From Paraspadella gotoi (lineage: Eukaryota; Animalia; Chaetognatha), in assembly GCA_051294375.1 (NCBI GenBank), contig CM119269.1, positions 19,815,936-19,879,935 on the forward strand: a stretch of 64,000 bases of DNA, given 5' to 3'. The notes beneath the pieces were generated by a model. The model saw nothing but the letters and a program-made list of their open reading frames with translations. It was not told where the DNA came from and did not search any database. The first letter of the stretch is position 1; each line of letters begins with the position of its first letter. This document shows positions 1 to 13,727 of the stretch, in pieces. Made by a program: the position numbers and the translations under genes.

Positions 1-157
1 ATGTCATTGCAACTCTGCGCCGTGGGAGTTAAATTTTCGAGAAGAGAGAGAGAGTGGGACAGAAAGAGGCAGAGAAAGAACGAGAGAGAGAGAGAGAAGA
101 GAGAGAGAAGAGGAGAGAGGGGGAGAGAGAGAAGAGAGAAGAGAGAGAGAGGAGAGG

Positions 158-199
<42 letters not shown>

Positions 200-847
200 T
201 ATTCTACTAATCTAAAATGTGACAGTTAACACATTCACAAAACATATTGTTACAGAGCGGTAAATAACTTTATGTATAAACAAACAAAAAGTATTAAGTC
301 TACAAAATTTACACTACAAAATTGAGTTATCACCGAATCCTTTCCGTTTTTTATGTTCCACACAGAAGTTACTTTCTCAATAATTAAGAGAGAGAGAGAT
401 TCAACATTATGATCATCTCTTATTTACGTCAGGATTCGCCCACGGTTCATTCCTAATCCTTCATTCAGTGTAAATAAAATATATTGTACTGTGATATAAC
501 GGACAATAATATCACGCAGACCGAGAAAAGAGGGAAAACTGTCACAGATGAATAGAAAAATCGCCCCTTCCGTTCACAACTGTCAATTTTCTCCAGTCAG
601 CCCAAATTTCCAACGTCACGCAAAATTCACGCAACGGAGTTGTCGATCTTCGAATCTGACACCAAATCCTCGTCTTTCCAACTTCTATCTGACACACATG
701 ACGCAAAGGTTGACGCTGAACCCGATTCCATATTTCATCGTCGATCGCAGACTCCAACCAAATTCGTTTCTGCTTCGAGAAAAAAGAAAAAAAATCTTCG
801 ACGTTTATCGTGTTTTCGGTTGACCCTCCTTTCCCGAGGAGCGATAT

Positions 848-1014
848 CTCTCTCTCCTTCTCTCGCTCTCTCTCTCGCTCTCTCTCTCGCTCTCTCTTCT
901 CCCTCCTCTCTCTCCTTCTCTTCCTCTCTCTCTCTCTCTCCCTTCTTCTCTCTCTCTCTCGCTCTCCTCCTCTCCTCTGCTCTCTCTCTCCGTCTTCTCT
1001 CTCTCCTCTCTTTC

Positions 1015-1082
<68 letters not shown>

Positions 1083-1137
1083 TCTCTCTTCTCCCTCTCT
1101 CCTCTCTCTCTCTCTCTCTCTCTCACGCTCTCTCTCA
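848..1137. repeat. (CT/GA)n microsatellite, one of many; others include (TTTC)n at ~3708, 49447 and 55113, (GGAAA)n at ~12108, and (GAT)n at ~52152
   Basis: Direct reading of the simple repeats. Confidence 0.95.
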
Positions 1138-1416
1138 CTGTCTATTTTTCTCTTTCCCTCTTTCTGTCTCTTTCTCTTTCTTCCCTTCTTTTTTTCTTTT
1201 TCCTTTTCTCTCTTTATATTTTCTCAAAATTATTTTTTCGACTACACTTTTCAGATACCTGGGTTCTGCCTCCATTTAACTCGATACGAAAGTATAAAAA
1301 AGAAAGAAAGTCAAGTGACTCCAGATAGTAGAGTAGAAAGACGAAATCGAGGAGCGGAGCATTGCAAAAGAAAGAAAAAAAAAGAGTCTGTTTTCGCATT
1401 TATTGTCGCTGGAAAG

Positions 1417-1456
<40 letters not shown>

Positions 1457-1458
1457 AG

Positions 1459-1494
<36 letters not shown>

Positions 1495-1924
1495 GAGAGA
1501 GAGAGAGAGAGAGCAGACACAGAGAGAGAGATACTCGGCCATGCATCTGCATTTTATCGTCAAACGCCAACTCAAGGTCGCATCTGCGTAAACAATCGAG
1601 AGGCAGAGAGACGCAGTGGCGATGTAACCTTCAATTCTCTTTGGCGGCGAATCTCCTTGGTGGAGTGCGTCATTGCGCGACTCATTTGCGCGCAGAAGAT
1701 GCGAGCGAAGGGAGAGGAAGCTCATCATTCAGGTTCATCTGGCGTGGTCCGCCGTTCTTGATAGACGCAGGTGGCCGACTTTATCGTTTATGCGATTAAT
1801 ATTGGTGCTATAAACGAGTAGCTTACGTCTATACATTGTAAAGTGTTTATGTTTTTCAGAGTCATGATTTTGGCAGAAGATATTTATTAGTTTAATAGTT
1901 TGATTTAACTAAACAAAGAATGAC

Positions 1925-2420
1925 AATTCCTTTTCCTGGACCTGTCATAGCTTCTACTTTAAATAGGATATGTAAATGTTTTAATAATTTTACCTGCTTA
2001 CAAAAAGTTGTAATACAATTAAACAAAACCTAATTAAACTTAAAAGATCCGGTCTCTGGTTGAAACAAAAATCTGGTATTGTTTATCAAATCCCTTAAAA
2101 TGTGGTAAAATGTACATTGGGAAACTGAGAGGTGTGTAAAAAGAAAATCGGAACATAAAAAATTATGTAAAAAGATAATAAAATAAAAGATTCTGCTATA
2201 TTTAGAACATCTTTTTGATTGCCCTAATATTCTGTCAATTTCCTGACCCAGGGGTTATTTGGGATGAATGTAAAATATTAGAACAAGAAAATAACAAATT
2301 AAAAAGATTGTCCTTAGAAAGTATTCATATTAAAAAGAATAAACTTAAAACAGTAAATAGAAAAAATGAAGGAAATTTGGAGCCACTGAATGGCGATAAG
2401 GTCTTAGGTACCTTGAATAA
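1925..2420 (+). mobile_element. Degenerate Penelope-like retroelement fragment (GIY-YIG endonuclease region)
   Basis: Frameshifted translation gives ...KLKDPVSG..KSGIVYQIP-KCGKMYIG(E)TERCV..RKSEHK...SAILEHL...VIWDECKILEQENNKLKRLSLESIHIKKNKLKTVNR. This follows the typical PLE GIY-YIG layout (GxVYxIPC..CG..YIGET, EH, W....IL..E....R...ES..I, NR). Multiple stops and frameshifts. Confidence 0.85.
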
Positions 2421-2840
2421 TAAAAACAAAAAACCATTTGGTTTAAGTCATCTCAAGCTATAGAATTCAAAGGCAAGAAAGAAAAATAGGCCAAGTTGAT
2501 TGAAATGGATTTCAGCCATAATGGAGAGTTAGAAACTGCTTTACCTAAAACTGTTTGTAAATTTTTGTTAATTTTTTATGTCACCTTTAGAGGAACAGAA
2601 GTCTCTGAAGATCATGCTTATTTAAAAATAAATATTATGTTACTTCCAGAAATAATTTTTTTCCTTTTATATTATTGGCATGAAAAGACCAAATCAAACT
2701 ATTAACTATTGTAAAGTGTATAAAGCTTATGTACAGTAATCGCTATCGTGAACACTGCATCATTAGCACTAGTATTTTCCAGTAGATTCAATTTTTTTTT
2801 ATTTAGGATTTTTTGATTGATTTTCAAGAGCCTCCAGAAA

Positions 2841-2871
<31 letters not shown>

Positions 2872-3706
2872 GCCTCCAGAAATAAACTGCTTCATGTGAG
2901 AAAGGAAATGACAGTAATCTGCTCCAATGAGATTCAATTTTCACTAATTTAGTAACTTTATAAATTTGAAGCATCAATTAGAATTATTAATCAAATAAAA
3001 CTTTAATACTTTTTTGAGAAGATTCAATCTACATTTTTGCTTAGCGCCGGATAGACTTAGTTTATTTTCCAGTCTATGATCCCTTTCTTGTCGGCTGTAT
3101 TTTTTTTTTAGATCTATTCATCTCCTTCTATATTTATGTTATTTTTTAAATTCACGCCATTAGTAACCAGAGATTATCCCTTTTCAACATTTCATTTCCG
3201 CGATAAATATTATGTTTTCTGCATATTACGTCCGGCCACTGCGTACCTCTATTTTCGTCATCTTTATCCACTTTTTTCCATCAGCCCATCTCCCATCTTC
3301 CAATCTCCGCATTTTGTCTCTCTAATTCGCGCATTTTCTTTCGCCTATTTTTTTTTTTCATCTTTGCCGAGTCTTTGCGACGACTTTCTCCATCCTTCGC
3401 CCGTCCTTTCCTCATCTCCTCCTCTTGAGCGACTTGATCGGAGTTGATCCTCTTTCAACCGCCATTTAGTTGGCAACTTACCATCTCCTCGCCTCTCTGA
3501 CTGTCACCGGGCCTCACCCGCTGCTTTCATCCTCTCTCCTCCTCCTTTTCCTCCTCCTCCTCCTCCTCCTCCTCATCCTTCTCCCATCCGCGCTCATTTT
3601 TAATTCAGTTCCCTTCCACCGAGTCCTTGAGGCATTTCTCCAGGCGTCTCTCTCTCTCTCTCTGACTCTCTTTTTCTCGTTCCTTCTATCTGACTCTGTT
3701 TTTTTT

Positions 3707-3799
<93 letters not shown>

Positions 3800-5361
3800 A
3801 TTTTTTTCTATTTTTTTTTTCTTTCTATCTTTTTTCCTTTGTTTTTTCCCTCTTTTTTTTTCTCTCTCTCTCCCTTTCTTTTCTTCTTTAGGTTTTCATT
3901 CATCATCTGCCATCTTTTCTCTTATCCTAACTCTTTTCTTGTCAATTCTTCTCCTTCCTAATTTTCTCCTGATTTACCATCTCACCCCTTTCTTTCTCCG
4001 CTTCCCCTCTTTCCGATCCTTTCTCGGTCCTCTCTTCGCCTCATTGCATTTACATCCTCTCTGTTCTTTTTTATTTAGTTCAACACCCCCGGATGTAAAA
4101 AGAACAAAGTCGCAATGGTTCCTTTTTTTTTACTTTCACTTTCAAATTTTTTTTTTCCCTCGTTTTTTTTTTATTTCTCTCATCTCATCTCAATTTGTCC
4201 CTCTTCTTTCACCCTCTCATCTCTATCCTCTTCTCGCTCTCAGCGTGACTATCTCGCTCCCTCTCGAAAAAAAGAAAAAAAAATCTGAGAAATGAACTGA
4301 ATTTGAATCCGCGTCCTTTGGCCGACGAGATGGAGGAAACACGGGGGAAGAAAAAAAAAAAAAAAGAAAGAAGTAAAAGGAGAGAAATAATGGGGGAGGA
4401 AAGAAAGTAAACTAGAGAAATAGAAAATGTAGAAAGAAATAACAAATTAAAGAGCGAAGAAAAAGAAGAGAAACATCGGAGAACAGGAGCAGAAGAGAGC
4501 AGATCCAAGAAGACGAAAGAGGAGAGAGAGAGAGAGAGAATAGAAAATAGAAAATAGAACAAAGTAGAAAGAGCAATCGTTGAGAGAAAAGGGGAACAAT
4601 AGAAAGAGCGAAGGGAGTGAAGACCCGTTTGACTGGGTGAGTGGGCGTGGCTGCATAGAAAAAGGGAATTAAATGTTTTTCTGCATTTTCTTTTGTAATT
4701 TTTTTTGTTGTATTTCGGGTTCATTTTCTAGTGTTTAAATAAACCTCATACCATTTTCCGATTGACAGAAATTATTTTAGATTTTTAACTGTGATTTGAA
4801 ACGGGCTTGTTAACATTGATGCCGTGGATAGGCCGTCAGTTTGCTCCGGACTGAAGGTTCTCCTAATTTATGCAAACTGCCACGTTTTTACTAAGTCACT
4901 GGCCCGATGTTGTAGCACAGAGGCTTCGATAGAGCCAACAGCAAAAGTAACCAATATTTCTGTATGAAAATTTAGGTGGCTGTTTATAACAATAGCTGAT
5001 GCCAGCAGCCTAGAAAAGGAATCCCAAGATAGATGGAAAAGGAAGAAATGGTTGCGAAAACGAGGAAGTACACCCGAAGAACTGAAAAATATTTAAAGAG
5101 AGCAGCTCGGTAGAAAAATACTTCCGGGTCAAAAATCCATATATTACACAAAAGAGATAAAGAAGTACATACAAAAAAACATGGAAATACGGATAAGGCA
5201 TAAAACCGGAAGACGAAACAAGTGCAAAAGGCCAAGAGCGAAAGAAAAAGGGAAAAAAAAAGAAAGCAGAAGCGAAATCTCGGAGAAAACTTTATTTTTA
5301 GCGAAGGCCGTTGGGGTCAGAGAGAAATTCGAGGCCATCGGTGAAGCTGGAGGTTATGATA

Positions 5362-5522
5362 GGAGGAGAAAGATGCGAGCAGAGGAGAAAAGATGAATGA
5401 AAAAGTGGAAGAAGAAGCGAGCAAAGGAGGAGAAAGGTGCGAGCAGAGGAGAAAAGATGAGTGAAAAAGTGGAAGAAGAAGCGAGCAAAGGAGGAGAAAG
5501 GTGCGCGCAAAGGAGAGAAAAG
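5362..5522. repeat. Short tandem repeat, ~60 bp unit, ~2.5-3 copies
   Basis: Unit GGAGGAGAAAG(A/G)TGCGAGCAGAGGAGAAAAGATGA(A/G)TGAAAAAGTGGAAGAAGAAGCGAGCAAA repeated head to tail. Confidence 0.8.
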
Positions 5523-5804
5523 ACAAATGAGAATAAAAAAAAAAAGATGCAAGAATCGGCGGAGAAACGAAATGCAAACAAAAGCGAAGAATGACTGATG
5601 GTTAAGGAGATTAGATTAAGTCAGAGGTCGATGTGGAGGAGAAGAAGGAGGAAGAGGAGAAGGGAAATGAAGAGGAGGAGGGATGAGGTAAAATCGTTAT
5701 CAGAGACGATGAATCGATGCCGGAAAAATGATTCAAGTTGCCGCCGTCTTAATAAGATCGGGACACTCCGCTCTTCCAATGGAATCCACATGGAGAGAGA
5801 TTCG

Positions 5805-5862
<58 letters not shown>

Positions 5863-7384
5863 GATGGTGTTTGTGATGAAATCGTCACCTCAGAATCACC
5901 GAAAACCCGTTTGATTTTCTCGCAACTTTGTTTGTCGTGTCTTCATCCAATTTCCTCCCGGCTTCTTTCCTTCCTCGAGGTAAGAAAATCTTTTCAATTT
6001 TTTCCCCGCCGGTTTTTTCGATCTTTTCGGTTTATGTTTTTTTCTTATTTTCATAATAAATATATTATCTTCGCAAAAACATTTTTTTATAACTTGGTAA
6101 GAATTTTGAATTGACAATCTTAAATGACAAGATTTACAAAAAGAACGAAAATTTAAAATAAGGAATTTTCAATATTTGAAAAGTTCGTATTTAGAATTTA
6201 GATTCTCAAAAGCGAAAACTCATTTCTAAAAGTTTTGATCTTCCTGAACCACAAGTCGTCGCGTGGCATAAACAATGTTTATCAAAAAGCCTTTTCACGA
6301 GTAAACGAAATATTTTATGAGAAAGAAGATAAAAAATATTGAATCATTCGTGAAAAAATACATCATACTTTTTTATGTCAAAATAATATTTTTCGTTCGA
6401 AATGAAATATCAATTTTTATTAAATCGGCAGTAATTTAACATTTGTGTTCGGTTAAAATATTTCAATGAACCAACGACAATCTATGGGAACTAACTTTTT
6501 GCAAGTTAACGAAATTCAATAAGTTTATACATTATCACCGAATATCGTGATTAATATCAAATAATTTTTCTACCAACTTGTTAACATAAACCGCTAAGAA
6601 CCATCTTTTGATTGCTTCACCTCAAACAAATCACAACTACTAACCAATCAAACCTACGCCAACTCAGAATATCCTTTCTATTCAGGAGATAGAAAAAAAA
6701 ATCAGGCGAATTTTCGTTTTATTTCCACCGTAAAGAAAATATTCATTTGGATACGGTTTAGTATTTCGTTGGACCAAACCGAAGGCCTCATAAAAGATCT
6801 ATGCGAAAAAACCTTTTTTTTTCCGCCGGAAAGAAAAACGAAAAAAAAAATGGAATGATACGTGGAGGTCAGGTCGTCTCTTTCCTTTTCCTCCATTTCC
6901 TTTCCTCCCTTTTCCTCTTTTTTTTTCTCTCTGGAGTCTCTGCTCGGCGTCGGCTTGACCTCACCCTCACGTTCGCTTCGACATAAACTCAATAAAGGCG
7001 GAGAACGCCCGTCGAACCACAGGCCTGGCGAGGCGGCAGCGGCATCGCCTGGCGAGTCAGCAGCGGCATCGCCTGGCGCTGCGAATGATGCCTTCGATGA
7101 AAAAATTATCCTTTTTATATGTAGCCAACAAGCAGAAAAAAAGAACACTTAGTCAATCTTCCATTTCATTGGAGTCTGGAAAATGACATTATCTGCAGAA
7201 CAACAAACAACGAGCTCCATCAGTACAACTACATCAAAATCAAACATCTTCCGATTTAGTAGCCCAACTAAGGTTCTCATTTCCGACATTTAGTACATAA
7301 TTTATATTGTATCAAATCTTATTCGTTCATAAATTGAAGCAATCGACCAAGATGAATAAAACCGTACCTCCCGAAGTGACTTAC

Positions 7385-7472
7385 CTTGTACCTGCCGAGA
7401 TTTTTGATGGGGCACGTCAGGACTGCCGTTTGCCCTACCGCGACCGTCACATTCTCCATTGGCATGTCGAAA
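7385..7472 (-). CDS. Exon of Lachesin/DIP/IgLON-like IgSF gene: first half of N-terminal Ig domain
   Basis: Acceptor ccactccag|, donor |gtaagt. Encodes (S)FDMPMENVTVAVGQTAVLTCPIKNLGRYK, matching the P.F..P..NVTV.VG..A.L.C....LG.YK start of DIP/Lachesin Ig1. I did not find the expected following VAW exon in this window. Confidence 0.85.
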
Positions 7473-7589
7473 CTGGAGTGGGAGGATGAAGAAAAGCCAA
7501 GGGAGAATCAAATGAGGAAAAGTTGGAATGATAAAATAAAAAAGGGGTGTAACAATACAAACAAAACAAAAACAACAAAACTAACTTAC

Positions 7590-7656
7590 CTTGGATATCG
7601 ATAGTTTTGTGTAGCAAGAACGGCGCCTCCTTGTGAGCGGAGAATGCCGATCGGAC
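7590..7656 (-). CDS. Exon of Lachesin/DIP-like gene (linker before Ig1)
   Basis: Acceptor tttcctttcag|, donor |gtaagt; 67 nt, phase 1 to phase 2. Reads (G)PIGILRSQGGAVLATQNYRYP(S) and joins in frame to 7385-7472, giving YRYPSFDMPMENVTV. Confidence 0.8.
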
Positions 7657-7923
7657 CTGAAAGGAAATGATGTTAGGACGGAAAGAAAATAGAAAAAAAT
7701 GGTAAGAGAGAGAGAAAGGAAATAAAGAATAAAATTGAAAAAGGGGAAAAAATACACCCATTCACTAACAGTAGATTAAAAATAACTCTTTTTTTTTGTT
7801 TCTGAATTTTGAATTCTTAATTTTATGGTTAAAAATTCAAGTATTACTTAATTACATAATTATGAATAGATCTCCCGCTTCTCAGAATGATCCCCCCCCC
7901 TTCCGTTCCTCCTTTACATTCAC

Positions 7924-8477
7924 CGGTGAGAATAAAGGCCCAGGTAATTAAGACGATTTGGAAACGCGAGAATCTCCAGGGAGAGAGAGGGTGGAACGCC
8001 GGCGCCGCCCTTCGAGTTTCGGCGCCGCATGACTTGGCGCCGCGCGAACACCATGCCGCCGTCCCGACTATCCGCGGCGCCTTGAGGAAACGTCCGTGTT
8101 TTTCGGAACATCGCGTNNNNNNNNNNGCGGCGGCGGCGGCGGCGCGAGGGGCGTTGGAGGTTCGAGGCGCGTTCGGCGGAGTGATGGAGGCGGAAGTGGA
8201 AGAGGAAGAGGGAAAATGGGGAGACGGAGAACCGGAAAGGGAGGAGGTGCCGGTGGAGGCGGAAGCGGAATCCACGTAATCTCCGGATTTTGATCCGGCG
8301 ATTTCGTCCGCGAGATTTTCCGGCGAGGAGGAAGAGGAAGAGGCGGAGGAAGGGCGGATGGGGTGAGGAATCGCCGGACGGACGATCGGGGGAAGATTTG
8401 AGATGGAAGAGGATGAGGGAGAGGGAGAGGGAGAGGGAGAGAGTGGGGAAAAGAGTCTGGCGAAGTTTTTAGTTTCG
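7924..8477 (-). CDS. Probable exon of Lachesin/DIP-like gene: Ser/Pro-rich region ending in a hydrophobic signal-like segment
   Basis: Acceptor tttttttccag|, donor accg|gtgaat (phase 1, matching the next exon). Open frame ETKNFARLFSPLSPSPSPS...RFSRFQIVLITWAFILTG. A 10-N gap at 8117-8126 leaves the frame across it uncertain. Confidence 0.55.
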
Positions 8478-8962
8478 CTGGAAAAAAAAAAGAAAGATAA
8501 GGGGAAAAAAATAAATAAACCGCTGACGTCACGGCTTCTCTTGTCAAACCAGGAAAAAAAAAATCGCCGATGTTTTTTTTTTATTATGAATTCGATTCCG
8601 AGTGGATGAATAAATATCGCGTTATTAAGATTTATTTATTCAGTTATTTGAATTTATTCCGAGCATAAAATGGCAGCGATTATTTGGTTGCCGTCCCTCT
8701 CTCTCTCTTTTTTTTTTATCTCGCGGCTTTGGGAAATCTATTAGTTCTAATCTATATCAAATATATTCTCATCCAAAGTCTCTATTAAGTGTAACTCTAG
8801 TCTAATTTCAACGTAATGAAGTTTTAATCAATTTATTAATTTATTTATTTATAAACTTTCAAGAATTTTGGTTCATTCCATCAAAACGTTTTAAACATTA
8901 CTTCAGATAGGTTAGATTTGATTTCATAAAATCCCCAATTTTTTTTTCTTCACCCCCGTTAC

Positions 8963-9225
8963 CTTTCGTCGCTCTCCGAATAAATTTCAACTCGGCCTCC
9001 GCCGTCGTCGTAGTCGTCGTCGTAGTCGTCGTCGCTTCGACGGCGCCACTTTCGCCTCCATCGCCGCACCGGCGTCGTCCCACGGAGCCAGTCATGCCGT
9101 GGCGCCGTCGCCATCGCCATCGCTACGTCGCTGGCAGTCTCCGTCGGCGCCGCCATCTCGACGCTTTCCGACGTCCCCGAGGCCGTCCCCGATTTTCCGA
9201 TTTTCTGGTCCGATTTTATTTGCAT
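8963..9225 (-). CDS. Putative first coding exon of Lachesin/DIP-like gene
   Basis: In-frame ATGs at 9225 and 9156. Donor gaaag|gtaac in phase 2 joins in frame to exon 8477 (...YSESDES|ETKNF...). GC-rich compared with its flanks. Confidence 0.45.
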
Positions 9226-10493
9226 GGTTTTTTCTTTTTTTTTTTTTTTTGTTTTTCTTTTATTCACAAAGAAGTTTTTTGCTCTGTTTAAACTTTAAAG
9301 TTCCATCCTTTTATTTTTTCCGCCAGAGCTTTTTAATTCGAGCAAAATTAAAAATCCCTTCCACTATAATCTATATTTAAAAATTTAAATAGATCCTCCA
9401 ATTTTTCAAATTTTGCGTCGCAAACTTTTTTTTGGCTTCTGAAGCCGCAATCACTTTTGGTGTGTTGTTGTTTCTTTTTTTTTTTTTTTTTTTTTGTTAT
9501 TTAACTTTTTGGTTTAAAAAATATTTCGGGTCCGCGTCTATCCGAAAAAAGTTCCAGTCTTAATGTTTGTTGTATAAAAAATAAAAAAGCGGAAAAATGA
9601 TGTTTTGTTTGTTTATTTTTAAGGATTTCCTTCGTTGCTGAGGTTATAAGTTAGACGAGTGAACTTTTGTTTTGTTTGTTTGTTTTTAATCACGATACGC
9701 ACGAATGATAAGTGGATAAATTGTTTTTGTTTGTATTTTTTGTTTAGATTATTAGTATGCAACTTTCTTGGTTTTCATAGTACTACTTTTTTTTAGAGGT
9801 TATGACGTCACATCTTTTTGTTTGTTTTTTGTATTGTAATAATCACATATAGGGTTACGAGGGTTCAAGACTATACGATTTATACACACGTTAAATTCAT
9901 AAGATGTAGTTTCTGTGACGAAAAAAAGAGAAAAAACAAAGCATTAAAACTAAAATAAAATAATAATCGCAATCAAAAATTAACTTGAGAAATATGTAAT
10001 GTTCAGCATTTATACAAGAACATTGAGAGAGATGATTTGTCAGACTCAAACGTGAATGCCATTCCGTTGAGTTCGTTCATATTTAAGAAAGCATGTATTT
10101 TGCATCGTTCAAAGTTTTGTCAAAAATGTATTGTACGAATCAGAATATACTAAAAAATTTTTTTTTCGCTCTGCCATTTTGGTTAGTTTATCGACCGAAA
10201 TAGTTTTGTCAACATCTGGTGACTTGCGACAAATAAATGACATAAGCCATAATCCAATTTATCTCTCTCAAATCTCGACGCAAGCCGAATACGGGTTCTC
10301 CTCTATTTTGTTTGAGCCCAAAAATACGCCAAAAAAGTAAAAATAGGAGACAAAAAATAGAAATGATAGATAACAGGAATATTTTTTTTTCTGTAAAATT
10401 CGTCCGGTCAACGTCATCAATTTGTTTATGTTTTTCCTTTGCTTTGCGGATTTGAGAAACACCCTCTCTTTGGAAACCAATGGGGTTTCTCTC

Positions 10494-10590
<97 letters not shown>

Positions 10591-11706
10591 TCTCTCTCCC
10601 TCCCTCCCTCACTCTATCTTCTCTCTCTCCCAATCTCTTATTTGTTCGTTCGCTTACCCGTTACACTCCCTAATGTTCTTGCCACTCAGGAAAACTTTTT
10701 ACAGAACAATAGACACAGGTGAGACTTCGAGCTTTGGAAAAACAAAGGAATAAAAAACAAACAAAACATCGAAACAAAGTAGAACCAACCACAACTTGAT
10801 AAAAAATACAATTACATGAATAAATATGTTTAAATCAGAGTTCACTGTAGTCCGTATCTGTAAAATATAAAATTTATATTTAGATTAAAAATCTTAAAAA
10901 GTTTTAAAATTCTTAAAGAAATCAAATAAAATATGAAAGATTGTTACTAAGACCTCGCCTCATGTGCAGATTAGTTTTAATGTTTCGGACTTTTTCGACT
11001 TTTTGGAATGAATTAGACTGTTCCTTCCTTCAGCGCCGTAAGAGCGCACTGGGCTAGCGCTTCATCTCCGAACTACTAGCTCCGGCTACTAGCCCTGGTC
11101 GGAAGTCGTGAGTGACGGGCCTGTTAAACCGCCGGAAGCAAGCCTACCGCCGGATCCGAAGTTCCGGACGGAAAAATCTTCCAAACCCACTGGGCACACT
11201 AAGTGTGGGGGCTAACCACACTCATAGAGAGGCATGCCGACCTTCTCTCGTCTCGGTCACTTCAGAATGATATTTAAGGTTTTGAGTTTCATTTATTTTT
11301 CAGTCATATTTTTAAAGAAATTTATCCATATCGTCATTGCACATATAGTATAAATACAAAAAGAAACTAAGTTGTGTATAATTTAAAAATACTATAGATT
11401 ATAAGAAGCTCCGAAGATTAAGAGATTTATAACATTTATGAGTGAGCGCCTTGTACGATGTGGCAATAAATGAAGGAATAATTTCTGAATCAATGAATAA
11501 ACAAACTAACGAAAATCTTATGCCTCACAATTAAAATGGTTTCAGACACAATTTTTTTCCTTTTAACGAGATAAAAAGCGAAGAACAAACGCGTCGGTTC
11601 CACTTCAGTTCGAAAAACAATCTCAACGGGTGTTTCTGCGACCCACCATTTTGGATACAACAGTGGGGCATTCCCTTCAATGGCGCCCATTCTGGGGAAC
11701 TTAATC

Positions 11707-11751
<45 letters not shown>

Positions 11752-12524
11752 AAAGGACGCTATTCCACTGATTGAGGTACATTTTCCAAACGCAAAGCAA
11801 GAATAAACTCTGACTGGATCGCTCTCACTCCCCTTCTTCTTCTCTCTCGTTCTTTCTTGTTATCTCTTTAACTTAACTCTTTTATATATCCAAGGAGTGT
11901 AGTAAGAATTGTCTTTCTCAGCCAAAGTCAATTAGAGGAAAAGTCTTTTTTTCTCTTGGTGTATCAGCTGAACTATTTTCTGTCTCTCGTCAAGGACGTT
12001 TTCGTGATAATTTGCAATATAATAGAAAAGGAGAAAAAATAGGTAAAATGAGAGGGAAAGAACATAAAGAAATGAAAGAAAGAGAAAGGATGATAAAAAA
12101 AAATAAAAGGAAAGGAAAAGAAAGGAAAGGAAAGGAAAGGAAAGGAAAGGAAAGGAAAGGAAAGGAAAGGAAAGGAAAGGAAAGGAAAGGAAAGGAAAGG
12201 AAAAGAAAAGAAAAGAGAAAAAAGAAGAAAAAAAAAAGAAAAATCAACTGAAAGAAAGAAAGACGAGTCAAAAAATGGCGAGACGCCCATCGGCCCGGAT
12301 GCGGGAAGCCGCAGTCGTTAAGCAAAAACAGAATCGAGGGATTTAGAGAGGAAGGGATAGAGAGGAAAGGATGAAGATAAGTTTTGGTCAGACGAGGTCT
12401 AAGCCTCTTATCTGTCCTTTCATAGACGAGTCTTCGACCTTTGCCTCGAGGAATCCATTTATATTTTTTTTCCACTAAAATACTTCTTACTTTTCCATTC
12501 TCTCTCTCTTCTCTCTCTCTCTCT

Positions 12525-12582
<58 letters not shown>

Positions 12583-12927
12583 TTCTCTCTCTCTCTCTCT
12601 CTCTTTCTTTCTCTCTGTCACTCTTTCACTCTCTCCCCTCACCCTTACTGTAAATTATATTTCTTTCTTTTTCTTTTTTTCCTCCCAGTTGCTCTCTCCG
12701 TTCTCCTTTCCGAACTTACTTTCCTCTTTATTAGTTTCTCTTTTCCTTTTTTTTTACCTTTTTCCCTTTTTACGGATCCAAAGGCTTTGAGGAGACACGA
12801 ACGGAATAAGGAAGGCGTGTCACGAAACGGGAACCGAATGAAGAGAAGAAGTAATAAAAACGAGTTATCAACTATGGAACTGGAAAATGAAAGAAAAACA
12901 AAAACCTATTCTGAGGGAAGGAGGAGA

Positions 12928-13002
<75 letters not shown>

Positions 13003-13259
13003 CTTTCAATAGATTAACAGGGTTCAAGTTAAGTTCAGAAATCGATAGACCCAAAATTTACTAAAAACCCAATTTTTGGTAGAAAAATCTCCGATGGAAG
13101 CGATTGGGGTCAGAAAATTTTGAAACAAGTTTGAGAAAACTATGCCGATCTCCTCACGATGATTGAAAGCAGCCGATCGGATGATCAATTAATTGATTAA
13201 TTAATTATAAAATTAATTAAATAATTAATAGAGCTGGAATATGTTGTAAGCTTAATTAA

Positions 13260-13468
13260 AGTTTAAAAAACTAGGTTATGTATTAAGGATAAGGGTTAGG
13301 TTAAGGTTAATTGTTAGTTTAGGCGTTTGGTTAAAGGTTAGGTTTAAGGGTTAAGGATTACAAAAAATAGGGATAGGGATTAGATTAGGTTCATGTTTGC
13401 ATATTTGGAAGAGAACGATGTGTCGGGATTAGGAACGGAAATGGGGTGCTTTTGGAATATAGTGCCGA
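13260..13468. mobile_element. TTAGGG-rich non-autonomous repeat (Helitron/Helentron-derivative-like)
   Basis: Degenerate (TTAGGG/TTAGG)n core ending in aaatggggtgcttttggaatatagtgcc, similar to the ends of the copies at 33042 and 51783. Confidence 0.45.
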
Positions 13469-13727
13469 CCGACCAGCGACAGACCAAGTAACGCAATGAA
13501 TTTTCGAAATAAATCGCGTCGTTAATTCTCATTCGTGAAATTAAACGTTTTACACTTTATCGTTATTTACACGATTACGTCCAAATTGTTTATGACCAGT
13601 CTTAAAAAAAGATTTTGCCAAGTTTCTGTCTATGACTTTGTATTTTGACTTTCTTTTTGCTATTTAAAATAGTTTAGAGATGAAACGAAAAATTCGTTGT
13701 AATAGCAATTTTTTATTTTTATTAATG

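Noticed and set aside
1-1800. Long ORFs of 150-373 aa (RERE.../SLSL...)
   Set aside because: They are translations of (GA)n/(CT)n microsatellites that lack stop codons. The same applies to similar ORFs near 3.5k, 10.4k, 12k, 16k, 49k and 52k.
6702-7148. GC-rich ORF (APGDAAADSPGDAAAASPG) as the next exon of the DIP-like gene
   Set aside because: It does not encode the expected VAW continuation of Ig1 and has no convincing splice sites; left unassigned.
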